Below are positions 44,049 to 53,313 of a DNA stretch of 64,000 bases, one piece after another. Made by a program: the position numbers and the translations under genes. The stretch comes from a virus. Lineage: Duplodnaviria; Caudoviricetes. Every line of letters begins with the position of its first letter. Position 1 is the first letter of the stretch. Under the pieces are notes generated by a model. That model was not told where the DNA came from. It searched no databases and worked only from the letters and a program-made list of their open reading frames with translations. The stretch lies in IMG/VR virus record IMGVR_UViG_3300032285_001531; one strand, written 5' to 3'.

Positions 44049-45758
44049 ATGATATTCGCAACTATTATTCTTTTTACCGCTGTACTGCTTAGCGCAGTAG
44101 CAGCTTGGTACTCAATAGCAGGTCTTACTGCTATTTTCTCCGCGGCTGTGATACCTGTAATTATTATGGGCGGTACTATGGAGCTTGGTAAGGTTGTCGC
44201 TACAGTTTGGTTACACAATAACTGGAAACGTGCTAACTGGGCATTCAAATCTTATTTGATTCCTGCTATTGCTTTCTTAATGATACTTACAAGTATGGGT
44301 ATCTTTGGTTTCTTAAGTAAAGCACACAGTGATCAAGGTCTAGTATCAGGCGATGCAATGAGTAAAGTTGCTATCTATGATGAAAAGATTAACACAGAAA
44401 AAGACAATGTTGCACAGGCTAAAAAAGCCCTAGAACAAATGAACACGCAGGTTGACCAGATGATGGGTCGTACTGATAGTGATACCGGTGCTCAACGTGC
44501 TGTTAATATTCGTAAGGGTCAAGCTAAAGAACGTGCTGCCCTACAAGCAGAGATTACAAAATCACAAAAGATAATTCAACAGTTACAAGAAGAACGTGCG
44601 CCAATTGCTGCAGAGTTTCGTAAGGTAGAGGCTGAAGTAGGACCTATCAAGTATATTGCTGCGCTTATCTATGGTGACAACCCTGATGCCAACGTATTAG
44701 AACGTGCTGTGCGTTGGGTTATTATTCTTATCGTTGTCGTATTCGATCCGTTAGCACTATGTTTGATTCTTGCAGGTAACAAACAAATTGAATGGGCACG
44801 TGCAGATAAACTTGCTAAACGTAAAGAAGATATAGTTGAGGCTGAAGAAGAAATTTGTGATGTAACTACATTCTTTGATTCATTAAGAAATCAATCTGAA
44901 AAAGAAAAGATTGAAGATGAACAGGCTGAGATTGAAGAGGCTAATAGTAAGTTAGCAGAGATTGAGCCTGAGCATAAGATTGAAATTATTGAACCTGAAG
45001 TTATCAAGCCAGTAATAGAAACTGTTCCCGAGCCAGTTTATGAATCAGTAATGCCTGAGCCACTTCCAGTAGAGCCAGAAGTTATTGTTGAATCTGAAAT
45101 TGAACCATTAACTGACTTTGAAGCAATAGTTGATACTCCAGTTGAGGAAGTAGTTGAATATCCAATACGAGCAATCGTTGAGCATGTTGAAGAACCTGCA
45201 GTTGGTAACTGGGCTCCTGCTATTGGACATGTTGAAGTTGTTGAAACAGTTGATGTAGTTGATACATCAATTGAAGAAGAATTTCCAGAAGTTGAATTTA
45301 GACCATTCACTGAAGAAGAAATTAAAGTGTTAGATAAAGGTCCTGAAATTGAAACAGAAGGACAAACACTTGAAGCATTCAAAAGAATAGGTGATGGCTA
45401 TGTTCAGTATGAAGGCAAGCGTATGCACGAACGTGTATTACGTGTATCTAATCCAGACTTGTTTAGCATCTATGAAGGTAATGGTGCAAACAGTACATTA
45501 TTTGGTACTGCATTCCCACAGTATGCAGCATCAGGTGATATCTATGTCAGAGTTGATGTTCTACCCCATCGTGTTTACAAATTCAGTAAAGACAAATGGA
45601 TAGAAATTAGCAAAGAGACAAGTGATACCTATTTATATAATGACAAGTATATGAACTATTTGATTGAAAAAATAGGATCAGGCGAAGTAGATCCAGACTT
45701 ATTGACATCAACTGAGCAAGAAATGGTTGAGCAATATATCAAAAAGGGTTCCCAATAA
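44049..45758 (+). CDS. Multi-pass membrane protein with coiled coil and acidic Pro/Val-rich linker
   Basis: N-terminal TM helices, EVGPIKYIA..FDPLA motif. Confidence 0.8.
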   Translation: MIFATIILFTAVLLSAVAAWYSIAGLTAIFSAAVIPVIIMGGTMELGKVVATVWLHNNWKRANWAFKSYLIPAIAFLMILTSMGIFGFLSKAHSDQGLVSGDAMSKVAIYDEKINTEKDNVAQAKKALEQMNTQVDQMMGRTDSDTGAQRAVNIRKGQAKERAALQAEITKSQKIIQQLQEERAPIAAEFRKVEAEVGPIKYIAALIYGDNPDANVLERAVRWVIILIVVVFDPLALCLILAGNKQIEWARADKLAKRKEDIVEAEEEICDVTTFFDSLRNQSEKEKIEDEQAEIEEANSKLAEIEPEHKIEIIEPEVIKPVIETVPEPVYESVMPEPLPVEPEVIVESEIEPLTDFEAIVDTPVEEVVEYPIRAIVEHVEEPAVGNWAPAIGHVEVVETVDVVDTSIEEEFPEVEFRPFTEEEIKVLDKGPEIETEGQTLEAFKRIGDGYVQYEGKRMHERVLRVSNPDLFSIYEGNGANSTLFGTAFPQYAASGDIYVRVDVLPHRVYKFSKDKWIEISKETSDTYLYNDKYMNYLIEKIGSGEVDPDLLTSTEQEMVEQYIKKGSQ

Positions 45759-45773
45759 TTTACCCAAAAACTG

Positions 45774-45802
45774 TTGTACTTGAATCCAAACCGCAGTATA
45801 CT
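45774..45802 (+). promoter_or_regulatory. sigma70-type promoter
   Basis: TTGTAC-17-TATACT. Confidence 0.55.
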
Positions 45803-45834
45803 ACAAACTCTTAAACTTTACTAAGGATTTACAA

Positions 45835-46506
45835 ATGAAAAAGCTTTCAATTGCAGCCGCAATAGCACTCGCTTTGGTTGGTTGTTCTTCAATTTCAGGT
45901 AAGCAAAACAACGGTATTACTCCATCTGCAGATGCTACTGCTCCAATAAAAGAAACTAAAATCAGTACTACATTTACTGATGAAGGTGTAAAGATTGTTT
46001 ATACTACATTTGGTAAACTAGAACGTATTGAAGTTACAGGTCAGGCTCCTGCTTGGAAACGTAACGTCAACATATTAGCTGAGGGTGATGCAATGGACAA
46101 ATTAGTTAAGTTTGTTCATGGTAAAAATGTTTCAAGTGAACGCCGGGTTAAAATCATGAGTAAAGCAATAGACAATGCAAGTGATATCACTGTTAACAAG
46201 TTCAAAAGTAATGAAGGCACATTTGATACTACTGACAAAGAACTCGAAGCCGATATCAACAATAATCGTAACAATGAAGGTTCGCAGAAAGATAATACTG
46301 CAAAGCGCAATGCACGTGTAGTAGATCAAACCGTAACTGAAGCTGTGACTGAAATCACATCAAAAGGTTTCTTACACGGTGTTCGCAAGATTGGTGAATC
46401 AATCAAAGATGACGGTAAAACTTATGTTGCAGTTTATCAGTGGAGCGAACAAGATGCTAATATTGCTGCACAAGTTCGTGATTCAATGCGCAAAAATCAA
46501 AGATGA
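45835..46506 (+). CDS. Lipoprotein
   Basis: Lipobox LVGC. Confidence 0.8.
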   Translation: MKKLSIAAAIALALVGCSSISGKQNNGITPSADATAPIKETKISTTFTDEGVKIVYTTFGKLERIEVTGQAPAWKRNVNILAEGDAMDKLVKFVHGKNVSSERRVKIMSKAIDNASDITVNKFKSNEGTFDTTDKELEADINNNRNNEGSQKDNTAKRNARVVDQTVTEAVTEITSKGFLHGVRKIGESIKDDGKTYVAVYQWSEQDANIAAQVRDSMRKNQR

Positions 46507-47606
46507 GATATCTAATAACTCTGTTGTTGGCATGTATGTTAAGTGCATGTGCAACAACAGATGGCCCAACTTTAGTAAAACATTCAACACCTAAAGATGT
46601 GCGTGGACCATATAAGGTTTATGCATATGGTCAAACTGTAGTTGAAGCTAAGAAATTATGCTTTAGATATGCAGTTGAACTTGCTATGGGTGTTGCTATT
46701 CAAACTGAACGTGAAATAGTTAATAATGAAGTTGCTAAAAATTACATTCTAAGCCATAGTTCAGGTTTTATTGAAAGTTACAAGATACTAGAAATACGTC
46801 AAGGCAATGAAACAAGTTCTGGACAGTTCTTAGTTCAGATGGAAGTAATGATTCGTCCTACAATACGTGATGAATATGTTTTGTATTCTGCGAAATCTAA
46901 TCAAAAAATTGACGGTGACTTTCTTGCTGGCTCTATTAGCACATACGAAGACCAACGCAAGAGTGGTGATAAACTACTAATGAGTGTCTTAAAAGACTAT
47001 CCTGAAAAAGCATTAGAGTTAGAAGTACAACCAATTAACTTTAAAATGGATGACAGAAACAGATACGTGTATGCTGAGTTTACATACCGAGTTAGATTCA
47101 GCGACAGATATCTTCAATCATTGTCACAAGTATTAAGTCAGGTTAAAGATAGGGACTGTAGTACTTTCTGTAGTGGAATTTATAGTTTTGTTGTGCAATA
47201 TAGAAAACAAAATGATAAGTTACTTGATACAGTAGACCGTTATTACTTTAATGATTTAAATAGACCTGAACTTGCATATAATTGGTTTGGTGGAGATTAT
47301 TTCCCTCAATCTGTAAATGCATTAACTGGCCATGTAATTGATAATAGCAGATATGCTATCAAAGTAGATTTTATAGATACCAGTAAAAGAATATTGAACA
47401 CAGTTTGTTACTATAGTCCAAGTGCTAATAAGTACAAAAATTATAGCGGAAAAAGAACTGAGTTTGGAGTATCGAGTGAGTGGAACCCAAAAGAGACTTT
47501 TATTATTGATCTGAACAAGCCCAAAAATAGAATTAGGGCAAACATTGATTCTGTCAATAATATCACATTGTCTGCGGTGAAACCGCACTTGTGTACCGAC
47601 AAATAA
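46503..47606 (+). CDS. Lipoprotein
   Basis: Lipobox LSAC. Confidence 0.75.
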   Translation: MRYLITLLLACMLSACATTDGPTLVKHSTPKDVRGPYKVYAYGQTVVEAKKLCFRYAVELAMGVAIQTEREIVNNEVAKNYILSHSSGFIESYKILEIRQGNETSSGQFLVQMEVMIRPTIRDEYVLYSAKSNQKIDGDFLAGSISTYEDQRKSGDKLLMSVLKDYPEKALELEVQPINFKMDDRNRYVYAEFTYRVRFSDRYLQSLSQVLSQVKDRDCSTFCSGIYSFVVQYRKQNDKLLDTVDRYYFNDLNRPELAYNWFGGDYFPQSVNALTGHVIDNSRYAIKVDFIDTSKRILNTVCYYSPSANKYKNYSGKRTEFGVSSEWNPKETFIIDLNKPKNRIRANIDSVNNITLSAVKPHLCTDK

Positions 47607-47645
47607 TTTTCTAAGACAATTGGAAGGTTATGATAAGTATTATAT

Positions 47646-48842
47646 ATGGAAGAAGAAAACAAACTAAATCACTGCAGTTTTTGCGGAACTAATAAAGAAT
47701 TTGTTAAGAAGCTTATAGTAGGGGACGGAGTAGCAATTTGTAGCGACTGCGTTGAATTATGTGATGACCTGATTATGGATGATTTTAAGATAGAATCTCC
47801 TAAATCAGAACCCAACTATGATCCTGACAAAATCAAAGCTTATTTGGATGAACACGTAATAGGTCAAGATAGTGCTAAGATTGTACTAAGTGTAGCAATC
47901 AGCAATCATTATAAACGTATTACTCACCCACCTAAAGACCTTGAGATTCAAAAGGGTAATGTACTAATCGTTGGACCTACAGGTTCAGGTAAAACATTGC
48001 TTGCCAAAACAGTTGCAAAATATCTTAAGGTTCCCTTCATTGTTGCTGATGCTACTAGCCTAACTGAAGCTGGTTATGTTGGTGATGATGTAGAGTCAAT
48101 GATTACTATGCTTGTTAATGCTGCAGGAGGTGATGTAGCTTTAGCTGAACAGGGTATTATATTTGTTGATGAAATAGATAAAATCGCACGTAAAGGCGAA
48201 AGTACAAGTATTACCCGTGATGTAAGTGGTGAAGGTGTACAGCAAGCATTATTAAAGCTAGTTGAAGGTACGACTTGCAGAGTATCATCACAAGGTGGCA
48301 GAAAGCATCCGGGCAATGATATGAATGAAATAAACACTAAGAACATATTATTCATTGCAGGAGGAGCCTTTGTTGGTCTGAAAGACGTTATAGCTACACG
48401 TGAAAATGGAACTAGTATTGGATTTAGTGCAAGCATCAAAGATACAAAAATTGAGGGTGATTTAAGTAAAGTTACTCCGGACGATTTAACAAAGTATGGA
48501 ATGATTCCTGAGTTTATTGGACGTTTTACAACTACAGTCAGTATTAGCGAACTGAACAAAGAACAGTTAATTAAGGTTCTTAAGGATGTGAAAAATAACT
48601 ATATCAGTCAGTATAAATATCTATTCAGTTTAGACAAGATAGAACTAAGTTTTACAGACGAAGCTTTAGAACAGATAGCAGAGAATACATTAACGCTAAA
48701 AACTGGGGCTAGAGGCTTACATACTGAGATTGAGCGTGTATTAATGACACACATGTACAATGTGGGCAGATACAAAGAAAATAATATAAAAACGCTAAAT
48801 ATTACTAAGGATGATGTTTTAGAACCTAAATCAATATTATGA
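47646..48842 (+). CDS. clpX: ATP-dependent Clp protease ATP-binding subunit
   Basis: CSFC..CSDC Zn-binding domain, GPTGSGKT, FVDEIDK, RDVSGEGVQQALL, IGF loop, TGARGL. Confidence 0.96.
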   Translation: MEEENKLNHCSFCGTNKEFVKKLIVGDGVAICSDCVELCDDLIMDDFKIESPKSEPNYDPDKIKAYLDEHVIGQDSAKIVLSVAISNHYKRITHPPKDLEIQKGNVLIVGPTGSGKTLLAKTVAKYLKVPFIVADATSLTEAGYVGDDVESMITMLVNAAGGDVALAEQGIIFVDEIDKIARKGESTSITRDVSGEGVQQALLKLVEGTTCRVSSQGGRKHPGNDMNEINTKNILFIAGGAFVGLKDVIATRENGTSIGFSASIKDTKIEGDLSKVTPDDLTKYGMIPEFIGRFTTTVSISELNKEQLIKVLKDVKNNYISQYKYLFSLDKIELSFTDEALEQIAENTLTLKTGARGLHTEIERVLMTHMYNVGRYKENNIKTLNITKDDVLEPKSIL

Positions 48843-49054
48843 GTGGAAAAAAAGTAATCGTACATGACGGCAATGTTGAGAAAGCATTGCGTAAATTCAA
48901 AAAGAAAGTTGCAGAATCTGGTATTCTGCAAGAAGTACGTGAGCGCCAAGAATATGTCAAACCCAACATCAAACGCAAAGTAGCCAAAAGTCTTGCAAAA
49001 AGACGCTGGAAGAAATTCCTAAAAGATCAAACTCTCCCCAAAAAATTATATTAA
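48839..49054 (+). CDS. rpsU: Ribosomal protein bS21
   Basis: NVEKALRKFKKK..GILQEVRERQEYVKP. Confidence 0.9.
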   Translation: MSGKKVIVHDGNVEKALRKFKKKVAESGILQEVRERQEYVKPNIKRKVAKSLAKRRWKKFLKDQTLPKKLY

Positions 49055-49161
49055 CCTAAATAATTTACTTTTTTACGCAAAAAGTATACACTAAATATAC
49101 AAGTAGATGCCGAAGTCGGGTCTACTTAATGTCATAACTTGCTTATTGAAAGGAGATAAAA

Positions 49162-49608
49162 ATGACAAATTCAACACTAACCCTTCGTGCCCGCGATATT
49201 CCCGCAATTCATAGATTTGGTATCGGTTTCGATACTATGATAGATGAACTACTACGACTATCCTCGGTACAACAAAGTAATTACCCTCCGTATAACCTTC
49301 TAAAAATAGATGAGGACGTTTTCAATATTGAAATCGCCGTTGCTGGATTCAAAGAAGGCGAAATTGAGGTTACCATAGAAAAAAATGTATTGACCGTTAA
49401 GGGTGCTAAAAAAGACGGCATTCCAGAAAACATCGAATACGTACATCATGGCATCAGTACACGTAATTTTGAGCGCACTTTCCCATTAGCTGAACATATT
49501 GAAGTTAAGGGTGCTATCATACGTGACGGTATGCTAGTTATTGATTTGGTCCGTATCATCCCAGAAGATGAGAAGCCCAAATCTATTGCTATTTCTTACG
49601 TAAAGTAA
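49162..49608 (+). CDS. Small heat-shock protein Hsp20 (IbpA-like)
   Basis: NYPPYNL, IAVAGF, HHGISTRNF, DGML, IPEDEKPKSIAI. Confidence 0.93.
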   Translation: MTNSTLTLRARDIPAIHRFGIGFDTMIDELLRLSSVQQSNYPPYNLLKIDEDVFNIEIAVAGFKEGEIEVTIEKNVLTVKGAKKDGIPENIEYVHHGISTRNFERTFPLAEHIEVKGAIIRDGMLVIDLVRIIPEDEKPKSIAISYVK

Positions 49609-49619
49609 TAAACTAAATA

Positions 49620-49649
49620 AAAGTGTGCAGTAATTCTGCTGCACACTTT
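49620..49649 (+). terminator. 11-bp inverted repeat between hsp20 and clpS
   Basis: AAAGTGTGCAG/CTGCACACTTT. Confidence 0.55.
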
Positions 49650-49667
49650 ACTCATATAAGGTAAAAG

Positions 49668-49973
49668 ATGGCAAATTCAGATACAAAACTAAAAATTAAA
49701 CCGAACTTTAAGATTCCGGAACCTCCTATGTACAAAATCATTTATATGAATGATGACCATACAAGCATGGACTTTGTAGTTAGCAGCCTAATTGAACATT
49801 TTAATTATAATGCAGATACCGCTGTCAATATTACACAGAATATTCATGTTGAAGGATCAGCTACAGTAGCAGTGTTACCTTATGAGATAGCCGAACAAAA
49901 GGGTATTGAAGTAACTGTAGATGCAAGATCACAGGGATTTCCGTTACAGGTTAAAATAGAACAAGAAGGTTAA
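49668..49973 (+). CDS. clpS: N-degron adaptor ClpS
   Basis: PPMYKIIYMNDDHTSMDFV..IHVEGSA..EIAE..FPL. Confidence 0.92.
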   Translation: MANSDTKLKIKPNFKIPEPPMYKIIYMNDDHTSMDFVVSSLIEHFNYNADTAVNITQNIHVEGSATVAVLPYEIAEQKGIEVTVDARSQGFPLQVKIEQEG

Positions 49974-50656
49974 ATTTCTATACGTTTAGCCCAATAGGGC
50001 TTGCTTACACAAGGGTTAGACACAAATCTTATTCCACTAAGTGTTGTGTCTATCATCTTATCAGTTGCACCAAAAATCCAATTCTTAACTTTCTTTTCGG
50101 TATCTGCTGTTAAAACCATAGTTGGACAAATGTCATCCGATAATCTGTTAGTATCCCCAAAAAATAGTTTTGTGTCGGGTATACAATTACTAACTACCAC
50201 AATATCCTTAACATCCATATGTAATTGCAATTTTTTGACGGTATTATAAAGATATACTATATCTTCTCTACGATATGATTCTGCTAGTAGGTCCTGCTCT
50301 AAATCAATGATAGGATAATTACCATACCATCCGTTTATTGCGATTAGTGCTACCCCATTTAAAACTACTACGTTATTGTGCAAAAACACTGTATTGTTTG
50401 TGCTGTCACACATCTTTCCTATTTCTTCTACTCTATCTTGTTGAAGCATAAGATCAAAATGTTCTAATCCACCATCGATGTAAAAAACACCTTGATAGAA
50501 TGTAGATAGATAGGTTAGTGTGCGTTGTATTGTTTTTAAATCATGGGACAGATTCCCTGCAACAATGCAGAATAAACTAGTTACTTTATCAGTCCAATCA
50601 AACTTATCCTCAGGATAAAGATCCAAGTCACTGATTATGTCAAAACTAATGCTCAT
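49970..50656 (-). CDS. Degenerate calcineurin-like metallophosphoesterase
   Basis: Fold motifs present, but the metal ligands are substituted (SDLDL, AGNL, DGGLEH, FGAT). Confidence 0.65.
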   Translation of the reverse strand: MSISFDIISDLDLYPEDKFDWTDKVTSLFCIVAGNLSHDLKTIQRTLTYLSTFYQGVFYIDGGLEHFDLMLQQDRVEEIGKMCDSTNNTVFLHNNVVVLNGVALIAINGWYGNYPIIDLEQDLLAESYRREDIVYLYNTVKKLQLHMDVKDIVVVSNCIPDTKLFFGDTNRLSDDICPTMVLTADTEKKVKNWIFGATDKMIDTTLSGIRFVSNPCVSKPYWAKRIEI

Positions 50657-50673
50657 ATAGTATTTATATGGTA

Positions 50674-50691
50674 TCGGGACTTTCGTCCCGA
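50674..50691 (-). terminator. GAAA-tetraloop hairpin
   Basis: TCGGGAC-GAAA-GTCCCGA on the minus strand, right after the stop at 50695. Confidence 0.55.
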
Positions 50692-50694
50692 CTA

Positions 50695-50928
50695 TTATTT
50701 TTCTTTTTTAGCTTTAGGTTTTTTAGCAGCAGGTGTTTTTGCTGTTTTTGGCTTAGCTGTTTTTTTAGCCTTCTTTTCTACTTTAACTGGTTCTTCTACT
50801 TTTAAAGTAAGGGTGGGTGTCATATCTACTGCATCTATTACAGGTTCTTGCGGGCGACTAGTAGGAAATGGCCAAGGTTCCTGTTTTTTTGGTTCTAACC
50901 TAAATAGTTTTTTAACAAAGTCTAACAT
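50695..50928 (-). CDS. Lys/Ala/Pro-rich hypothetical protein
   Basis: AAGGAG SD; PWPFP motif; histone-like tail. Confidence 0.7.
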   Translation of the reverse strand: MLDFVKKLFRLEPKKQEPWPFPTSRPQEPVIDAVDMTPTLTLKVEEPVKVEKKAKKTAKPKTAKTPAAKKPKAKKEK

Positions 50929-51058
50929 ATGAATCTCCTTTATAGTATTTAGAGCCAAATCAAATAAAATATTAATTTAAGCAATATTACCTAAATACTT
51001 TAATAGCTGATATCAATTTGCTATAGTGACTTACTTTCTAATTTTATAAAGGAATCAA

Positions 51059-51646
51059 ATGTCGTTAGTACCAATTGTAATTGAATCAACTAGCAAGGGT
51101 GAACGTAGCTATGACATCTATAGTCGTTTATTGCGTGACCGTGTAATTTTGCTTGAGGGCGAAGTGCATGACCATATGGCAAATCTAATCGTAGCACAAC
51201 TACTCTTTTTGGAATCAGAAGATGATAAGAAAGATATATCCCTTTATATCAACAGTCCCGGCGGCAGTGTTACTGCTGGTATGGCTATTTACGATGCTAT
51301 GCAATTTATCAAGCCTGATGTTTCTACCATCGTTATGGGCCAAGCTTGTAGTATGGGTTCATTGCTTGCTAACGCTGGTGCTAGTGGCAAACGTTTTATC
51401 CTGCCGAACGCAAGACACATGATTCATCAACCATCAGGTGGCGCCCGCGGCCAAGCAACTGATATGTTAATTCAAGTAAATGAAATTATGGAAATGAAAC
51501 GTAATCTAACACAGATTTACGTTAAACATAATAGTGCAGGCAAATCATTTGATGAACTTGCTGCAGATATGGAACGTGATAACTTTATGAGTGCTGACCA
51601 AGCCGTATCATATGGTCTTGCTGATAAAGTAATTACACAACGATAA
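51059..51646 (+). CDS. clpP: ATP-dependent Clp protease proteolytic subunit
   Basis: [15 protein letters not shown], catalytic ACSMGS, MIHQP, ERD. Confidence 0.96.
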   Translation: MSLVPIVIESTSKGERSYDIYSRLLRDRVILLEGEVHDHMANLIVAQLLFLESEDDKKDISLYINSPGGSVTAGMAIYDAMQFIKPDVSTIVMGQACSMGSLLANAGASGKRFILPNARHMIHQPSGGARGQATDMLIQVNEIMEMKRNLTQIYVKHNSAGKSFDELAADMERDNFMSADQAVSYGLADKVITQR

Positions 51647-51655
51647 GGATTACTC

Positions 51656-52150
51656 ATGGCAACCGTATCAGCGCACATCAAACATGAAGTAAAGCATTTT
51701 AGAAATTTTCAGCAATACATACCTAGATATAATTCAATGTGTCCAAAGACCATTGATACATTGTTATATAATGGAATGATTCAAGTAAGTACTGCATTTG
51801 AACATGCACTAGCAAAAGTAGGCAAGTTTGAAGTAGTAAGTGAATCTGGTAGAGATGGAAGTGACGGTAGTGATGCTAAATTAGTCACATCATGTTTTCA
51901 TCGTGGCAAATGTGATGCACATGTATCTAATACAAAAAATAAAACAGGAAAGTTGCGAGTACAAGTTTACGAAAAGCACCAAGATAAGTTTTATTATTTT
52001 GTGATACCGCAACATGAACACTCAACTGTATCATACTTAGAGATACCATTTCATACTGACGGCTCTCCCAAACGTGTAACTTACAACGGTCATATTAGTA
52101 AGTGGTGGGTATTTGAAGTTGAAACCTTTAAGGAACTAGCAACCGCTTGA
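51656..52150 (+). CDS. Hypothetical, possible PD-(D/E)xK nuclease
   Basis: FEHAL..RDGSDGSDAK. Confidence 0.4.
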   Translation: MATVSAHIKHEVKHFRNFQQYIPRYNSMCPKTIDTLLYNGMIQVSTAFEHALAKVGKFEVVSESGRDGSDGSDAKLVTSCFHRGKCDAHVSNTKNKTGKLRVQVYEKHQDKFYYFVIPQHEHSTVSYLEIPFHTDGSPKRVTYNGHISKWWVFEVETFKELATA

Positions 52151-52175
52151 CAATAAAGCCACTTGGTACTATAAT
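52147..52175 (+). promoter_or_regulatory. Consensus sigma70 promoter, leaderless
   Basis: TTGACA-17-TATAAT; ATG 52182 after a 6-nt gap. Confidence 0.8.
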
Positions 52176-52181
52176 ACGGAC

Positions 52182-52409
52182 ATGAAAAAAGAACCTGTAT
52201 TTTATCTCAAGTGGCTTGCAACTTTCGTAACTATAATCGGGGCTGTGGCTACAAGCATTAACATGTATCCACTAGGCCCCGCCTTACTTAATCTAGGTGC
52301 CTTCATTTGGTTGATTGTCTCAATCATGTGGCGTGAGTGGTCATTAATTGTTATTAATGCAACACTTTTATTAATCTATACAGTAGGTCTCCTAATAAAA
52401 ATCAGTTGA
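52182..52409 (+). CDS. Small integral membrane protein
   Basis: Three hydrophobic segments. Confidence 0.75.
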   Translation: MKKEPVFYLKWLATFVTIIGAVATSINMYPLGPALLNLGAFIWLIVSIMWREWSLIVINATLLLIYTVGLLIKIS

Positions 52410-52460
52410 CAGCAAATAATTTTGGGCATATAATATACTCATACGCTAACAAAACAGGAG
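52406..52460 (+). promoter_or_regulatory. Early promoter plus leader cassette (repeat of 39747-39802)
   Basis: TTGACA-17-TATAAT..CATACGCTAACAAAACAGGAGC. Confidence 0.8.
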
Positions 52461-52466
52461 CTGATT

Positions 52467-52676
52467 GTGATTAAAAATACACTAGTAACTCAAAACACTA
52501 AAGTAGTTTATGACAAACGTGGTGTTAAAATTGTTCGTGAACAAAGCTACGGTTGGGGTTGCAACAATTTATCCACAATGTGGTATGTATATCAGGGTGA
52601 TGAAAAGTCTGGTGGCTATACACGTTTAAAACGTGCAAAAGCATGGGCTGAATATATTTCACGTGTAGTTGTTTAA
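52467..52676 (+). CDS. Hypothetical early protein
   Basis: GTG start after AGGAG. Confidence 0.7.
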   Translation: MIKNTLVTQNTKVVYDKRGVKIVREQSYGWGCNNLSTMWYVYQGDEKSGGYTRLKRAKAWAEYISRVVV

Positions 52677-52688
52677 TAGGAGATCAAA

Positions 52689-53033
52689 ATGAATTATACT
52701 AAAGACGATATTGTTTCAATCATCAAAGAAGCTAGATTAGAAGCATACAAAGCGGCTGATAACTTCTTTAAAACTAAATTGAATGGTCGTGATCAAGGTT
52801 GCTGTGGTTTTGCATGGGTTGAAATCTATGGCATTAAAGGTAACACTAAACTCGGTCGTGCTATGAAATCTGCAGGACTAGAAAAATCATATACTGGTGC
52901 ATTTCGTATTTGGAATCCTAGTGGATTTGGTTGCCAAAACATTGATACACTAGAACAAGGCGCACAAGCTGCTGCTGATGTGTTTAAAAAATATGGCTTT
53001 GATAAAGCTTATGCTGGTTCACGTTTAGATTAA
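52689..53033 (+). CDS. Hypothetical early protein
   Basis: CCGFAWV..YAGSRLD. Confidence 0.8.
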   Translation: MNYTKDDIVSIIKEARLEAYKAADNFFKTKLNGRDQGCCGFAWVEIYGIKGNTKLGRAMKSAGLEKSYTGAFRIWNPSGFGCQNIDTLEQGAQAAADVFKKYGFDKAYAGSRLD

Positions 53034-53048
53034 TTAAGGAGATATATT

Positions 53049-53300
53049 ATGGTTATAACTGCAGAAAAAATTGTTCGTATTCTCAAAGATGAACCTCAAT
53101 TCAACCGTAAACGTCATGGTAGTTTGTATGATCGTGGTTCTGCAGACAGTTACTATCATCGTGGTGCTAGGCCACACTGGTGGCCCGAAGGTACTGGTAA
53201 AGGTAAAGAAATTACTGTTTTGACTGCTGCAGAAATTGAAGAATATATTGCAGGCTATGATGATAATGAGCAGTTTGGCGAAAAGAAAAAGTGGGATTAA
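53049..53300 (+). CDS. Hypothetical early protein
   Basis: HGSLYDRGSADSYY. Confidence 0.8.
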   Translation: MVITAEKIVRILKDEPQFNRKRHGSLYDRGSADSYYHRGARPHWWPEGTGKGKEITVLTAAEIEEYIAGYDDNEQFGEKKKWD

Positions 53301-53313
53301 TATTTGGAGCTGA

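Noticed and set aside
44940-45300. E/P/V-rich repeats here and EEPK repeats at 63720-63850
   Set aside because: Ordinary low-complexity protein linkers, no discrete DNA repeat unit
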